This document shows positions 6,405 to 8,935 of a stretch of 8,935 nucleotides of DNA, piece after piece. Source of the DNA: a plasmid; the sequence record CP103123.1. One strand, 5' to 3'. How positions within the stretch are numbered: position 1 is the stretch's first letter; the number at the start of each line of letters is the position of its first letter. Below the pieces are notes generated by a model. It did not search any database. It was not told the DNA's origin and was given only the letters and a program-made list of their open reading frames with translations. A program made the translations under genes and the position numbers.

Positions 6405-6476
6405 TTTGCTATAATCGCAATAAATTGCAATAATATCTGTGATAAATTGCTATAATAATACTTATAACTACCTTTG
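6405..6476 (+). promoter_or_regulatory. Upstream control region of the 6502 gene. It has direct repeats of gctataat (6408-6415, 6449-6456) and ataaattgc (6418-6426, 6443-6451), and an exact -7 box TAccTTTG (6469-6476) within the shared 10-mer CTTTGCAACA.
   Basis: Read from the sequence. The -7 box lies 26 bp upstream of the ATG at 6502. Confidence 0.4.
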
Positions 6477-6501
6477 CAACAGAATATAGCATTTTACAGC
6501 A

Positions 6502-7023
6502 ATGGAGAAAGGACAGGAAAGCAAGCAAAAGAGGAAAACACCGCTTACCACCATAGCGATAAGCCAAGAGTACGCCAAAAAATTAGACGAGTATTTAAAC
6601 GGTACGGGTATAACTCGCAAAGAATTTGTCGAGTTGTCCGTTGATTATTTCCAAAGAACCGGGTTCGACCTCCGGGGTGAAGCTTTTGACCTCTCCCCAT
6701 TAGAAAAGGTTGCCGGGCGGCTGGAACAATCCGCAAAGATCATGGAACGACACAACGAGGGGACGGAAGCGGTGCACCTGCTTCTCCAAGCTGTCCGGGA
6801 ACAGACCGCCAAGCAACTCCCAGCGCCGGAACTGATCGCCCATGCTGCCGAAGAAAAAGCAAAGGCAGAAGCCAAAAGCGAAGAACAAGAAAGGGAGATT
6901 GCCCGGCTACGCTCCGAAAACTCCGCTTTGCTGGAGTACAAAGAAAAGGCATACCGGGAACTATGCCGGATACGTGATGAACAAAAAACCATAGGGAAGA
7001 TAAAAGTAAATATAGAGTTATAA
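6502..7023 (+). CDS. Second MobA-like RHH protein with a C-terminal K/E/A-rich coiled coil, 173 aa. It is a paralogue of the mobA product at 3086-3691 and has no adjacent relaxase gene.
   Basis: The N-terminus LTTIAISQEYAKKLDEYLNGTGITRKEFVELSVDYFQRTGFDL aligns with the mobA product's TTSVTIDRKTFARLDRLAKSNNVSKKEFLSCALEYFEKYGINP (T.TI...A..LD.......KEF.....YF...G). The C-terminus AEEKAKAEAKSEEQEREIARLRSENSALLEYKEKAYREL is coiled-coil-like. Confidence 0.7.
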   Translation: MEKGQESKQKRKTPLTTIAISQEYAKKLDEYLNGTGITRKEFVELSVDYFQRTGFDLRGEAFDLSPLEKVAGRLEQSAKIMERHNEGTEAVHLLLQAVREQTAKQLPAPELIAHAAEEKAKAEAKSEEQEREIARLRSENSALLEYKEKAYRELCRIRDEQKTIGKIKVNIEL

Positions 7024-7048
7024 AAGAACATTTATAAATAAAAAAATC

Positions 7049-7430
7049 ATGAATAAAGAAATTTTATTTATTTATCCTTTTGCCGGATTATGCAGCACAT
7101 GAAGCTGTGTACTTTTCACAGGCTATTACAGCTGATGATTTTGCCATGAAAAAAAATCCAAAATATGTCAATAAGGTTGTCGCACCCACCTTAGAACCAA
7201 TAAGTTCGATTGGTGGATTCCGCACATTACCCGATTATTCGTTTGACACAATGCCTGATGATTATGTAGCATTGGTATTAATTGGCGGTTTTGGTTGGAA
7301 TACACCTGTTGCAGAAAAGGTTATGCCAATTATTAAAAGTGCTATTGAACAAGAAAAGGTTATAGGTGCGATTTGTAATGCAGCTTCATTCATGGCTAAG
7401 TGTGGTATTGACCGAGAAACAACATCAAAA
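7049..7430 (+). pseudogene. DJ-1/PfpI-family (class I glutamine amidotransferase-like) gene remnant. A short N-terminal ORF (MNKEILFIYPFAGLCST*) is followed, after a frameshift at a T4 run (7078-7081), by ...DDYVALVLIGGFGWNTPVAEKVMPIIKSAIEQEKVIGAICNAASFMAKCGIDRETTS. Family similarity ends near 7428.
   Basis: The core motif D.YVALVLIGG...(E/Q)KVIGAICNAAS resembles the DJ-1/PfpI D.LVLPGG...(K)PVAAICHGP nucleophile-elbow region with its Cys. The last third of the family domain is absent and is replaced by unrelated sequence. One added T at 7078-7081 would join the two frames. The weakest part of this call is whether the N-terminal piece belongs to the same gene. Confidence 0.45.
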
Positions 7431-7617
7431 ACTTTGCAGAAGTCATCCGTAATACAGAAAATCTCAGTAACTTTGTCCTCGGTAATCATAGCAATTATTG
7501 TCTGTAAACTTTTGATATTTAACACTCTAAGATTACAACAATTTTTCGCTAATCACCATTTTTCAGGCACTTATATTTCGTCGAACTCACGTTAAATTAT
7601 TTAATATACATACAATC
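7421..7617 (-). mobile_element. Probable IS982-family insertion-sequence remnant. The minus strand encodes (M)LNIKSLQTIIAMITEDKVTEIFCITDDFCKVFD, resembling the conserved IS982 transposase N-terminus (..E.I..(F/Y)C.VDDF.K). The remnant's left end presumably lies within 7526-7617, and the rest of the transposase is missing.
   Basis: The peptide was read from the minus strand (GTG at 7523-7525, internal ATG at 7487-7489). The point where the IS-like peptide ends coincides with where DJ-1 similarity ends on the plus strand (about 7428). Terminal inverted repeats were not identified. Confidence 0.35.
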
Positions 7618-7659
7618 TTGGATACTTGCTTAGACCTTATTGCTCTTCAATATACTTGC

Positions 7660-8715
7660 ATGATTGTGATGGCCATGCTTGCATTTTTTGTGTTTGTGTC
7701 GCGCTACTATGTAACTTGCCGTAACAGACAGTTTGAGCAGTCGCGTTGGATGATTGTTGTGGCATTACTATTGTTTGTTGTACACTACATGTGTCAGATG
7801 CGGTTGGGTTGGCGACAACAGGGGAACGATGTGGGTGTTCTGTTTAATCTGCTGTTTTATTCGCCTTCGGCTATTTTGTTGTCATGGTCGCAGCTTAATA
7901 TTCTGCGCGCTGGGCATAGACGTTGGAGTTTTATGCGCTATGGCGTTGTTGGATATGCTCTTATGGTATTGTGCATAGTCGCAGGTGTTATTTCAAATGG
8001 CAGTCTGCATATTGGTCCTATGCTATATGTTGCTGATGCTATTCATTTCTTTACTCTATTGTATTATACATGGGCACCGCTGAGGGAACTTGGTAATGTT
8101 CAACGTCGGCTCGACAGTGAACATGGTAATCCTGCAGATGCCTACCTGCGCACTATGCGCTTTGGTTTTTTTGTGGTGTGTGCTTTTGCTGTAATTTCGC
8201 CTCTTTATATATTGTCGCGGCCGCTGCTCTTTGTCTTTGGACCTTTGGGATTGATTTCGCTTTCGCTGTTTATTGTTAGTTTTACGGCGCTTGGATTTAG
8301 TATGTCCGAGGGAGTAACTGAGATTGTTACCGAGACTAACGACGAGATAGCCGCTGCTAAAGTCTTTAGGGAGATTGGGCCTGAGCGTATTGCCGAAATA
8401 GATATGGCGGTAAGCAAATGGCGAAGCGAGGGCGGTTTTAGAGATAGCAACTTGACATTATCCTCGTTTGCTCGTCGCATAATGGTTAATCGTACCGACG
8501 TTGCTTCGTATCTGACTTCCATATATGGTAAGAATTTCCGTACATGGCTTTCGGGTATTCGCGTGGAGGAGGCAAAGGCACTCATGGCTGCACACCCCGA
8601 ATATAGTAACGAGGTTGTTTCTATGGAGTGCGGTTTCTCGTCGCGTGTGTATTTTCAGCGTCTGTTCAAGGAAAGGACGGGCTTGACTCCCGCCGAGTGG
8701 CGCCGTCAACGGTAA
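7660..8715 (+). CDS. Membrane-anchored AraC-family transcriptional regulator: about 7 predicted transmembrane helices N-terminally and a C-terminal AraC-type double HTH. It is 351 aa from ATG 7660. The ORF track starts at TTG 7618, giving 365 aa.
   Basis: The hydrophobic segments are MIVMAMLAFFVFV, WMIVVALLLFVVHYM, VGVLFNLLFYSPSAILLSW, YGVVGYALMVLCIVAGVI, IGPMLYVADAIHFFTLLYYTW, FGFFVVCAFAVISPLYIL and LLFVFGPLGLISLSLFIVSFTALGF. The C-terminus SSFARRIMVNRTDVASYLTSIYGKNFRTWLSGIRVEEAKALMA...ECGFSSRVYFQRLFKERTGLTPAEWRR is a canonical AraC/XylS HTH. Confidence 0.8.
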   Translation: MIVMAMLAFFVFVSRYYVTCRNRQFEQSRWMIVVALLLFVVHYMCQMRLGWRQQGNDVGVLFNLLFYSPSAILLSWSQLNILRAGHRRWSFMRYGVVGYALMVLCIVAGVISNGSLHIGPMLYVADAIHFFTLLYYTWAPLRELGNVQRRLDSEHGNPADAYLRTMRFGFFVVCAFAVISPLYILSRPLLFVFGPLGLISLSLFIVSFTALGFSMSEGVTEIVTETNDEIAAAKVFREIGPERIAEIDMAVSKWRSEGGFRDSNLTLSSFARRIMVNRTDVASYLTSIYGKNFRTWLSGIRVEEAKALMAAHPEYSNEVVSMECGFSSRVYFQRLFKERTGLTPAEWRRQR

Positions 8716-8744
8716 TATACTGGTTATGTGTGCGTTTGCTACTG

Positions 8745-8800
8745 AATGTAAGGTGTAACTTTTGTACGAAGGTTACATAATAAGGCAAAGTGTAACCTTT
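8745..8800 (+). repeat. Direct repeats gtgtaac(t/c)ttt (8747-8757, 8790-8800) and a 9-bp inverted repeat aaggttaca / tgtaacctt (8769-8777 / 8789-8797), just downstream of the AraC-like gene
   Basis: Seen in the sequence. They could be a terminator-like hairpin or regulator-binding half-sites. Function is unknown. Confidence 0.2.
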
Positions 8801-8935
8801 CTTACTGTGACGTATCCTTTCTATAAGAGTGACACACAAGTGATGTCTTTGAGGTTTTTGATGGTTGATGCTTCCTGTATCTTTGCATGAGGAAATTCAA
8901 ACTATTCAAATATAAATTCTCAAAAACAATTCACT

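Noticed and set aside
6545-7031. Four overlapping minus-strand ORFs (6545-6736, 6645-7031, 6700-6888, 6740-6952)
   Set aside because: All are antisense to the well-supported MobA-like CDS. Its GAA/AAG/GCA-rich codon usage leaves the complementary frames open by chance.
7262-7420. Continuation of the minus-strand ORF beyond the IS-like peptide (…VVSRSIPHLAMNEAALQIAPITF…)
   Set aside because: This part is simply antisense to the DJ-1-like coding region and shows no transposase-like features. Only 7421-7525 is considered IS-derived.
7754-8709. ORFs 7754-7978 (+), 8205-8585 (-) and 8458-8709 (-)
   Set aside because: They are alternative-frame or antisense to the membrane AraC CDS, which has coherent TM-plus-HTH architecture. 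No motifs were found in them.

Overview
The window looks like a Bacteroidales (Bacteroides/Prevotella-type) plasmid or plasmid-derived mobilizable element rather than core chromosome. The assignment rests on a Bacteroidetes lipoprotein signal with a surface-export motif, and on near-consensus Bacteroides sigma-A promoter boxes (TAnnTTTG) upstream of four transcription units. In order, the window contains:
- (i) a 551-aa predicted surface lipoprotein gene (1-1656, + strand);
- (ii) a roughly 550-bp non-coding spacer;
- (iii) a minus-strand mobilization operon, with an RHH MobA-like accessory gene (3086-3691) translationally coupled (ATGA overlap) to a MobB-type MOBP relaxase gene (2211-3089), and an inverted-repeat-rich candidate oriT/promoter region upstream (3692-3870);
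- (iv) a HigB-like (Gp49/RelE-ParE superfamily) toxin gene (4083-4430) and an XRE-HTH antitoxin gene (4436-4750), followed by a hairpin terminator;
- (v) an iteron origin (three tandem 21-bp repeats, one spaced copy, one inverted copy lying between the -33 and -7 boxes of the rep promoter) followed by a Rep_3-family initiator gene split by a single-base frameshift in an A3 run (5228-6195);
- (vi) a 59-aa small ORF (6209-6388);
- (vii) a second, orphan MobA-like RHH/coiled-coil gene (6502-7023) with no relaxase partner;
- (viii) a decayed DJ-1/PfpI-family gene fragment (7049-~7430) truncated by what reads as the N-terminal about 35 codons of an IS982-family transposase on the opposite strand;
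- (ix) a gene for a 7-TM membrane protein fused to a C-terminal AraC-type HTH (7660/7618-8715).
The window contains no CRISPR array, rRNA, tRNA or integrase gene. The most notable points are the complete but apparently inactivated iteron replicon, the two frameshifts that both sit at homopolymers (so possibly sequencing artefacts), the orphan mobA paralogue sitting next to the DJ-1 pseudogene/IS scar (7024-7617), and the membrane-anchored AraC regulator.
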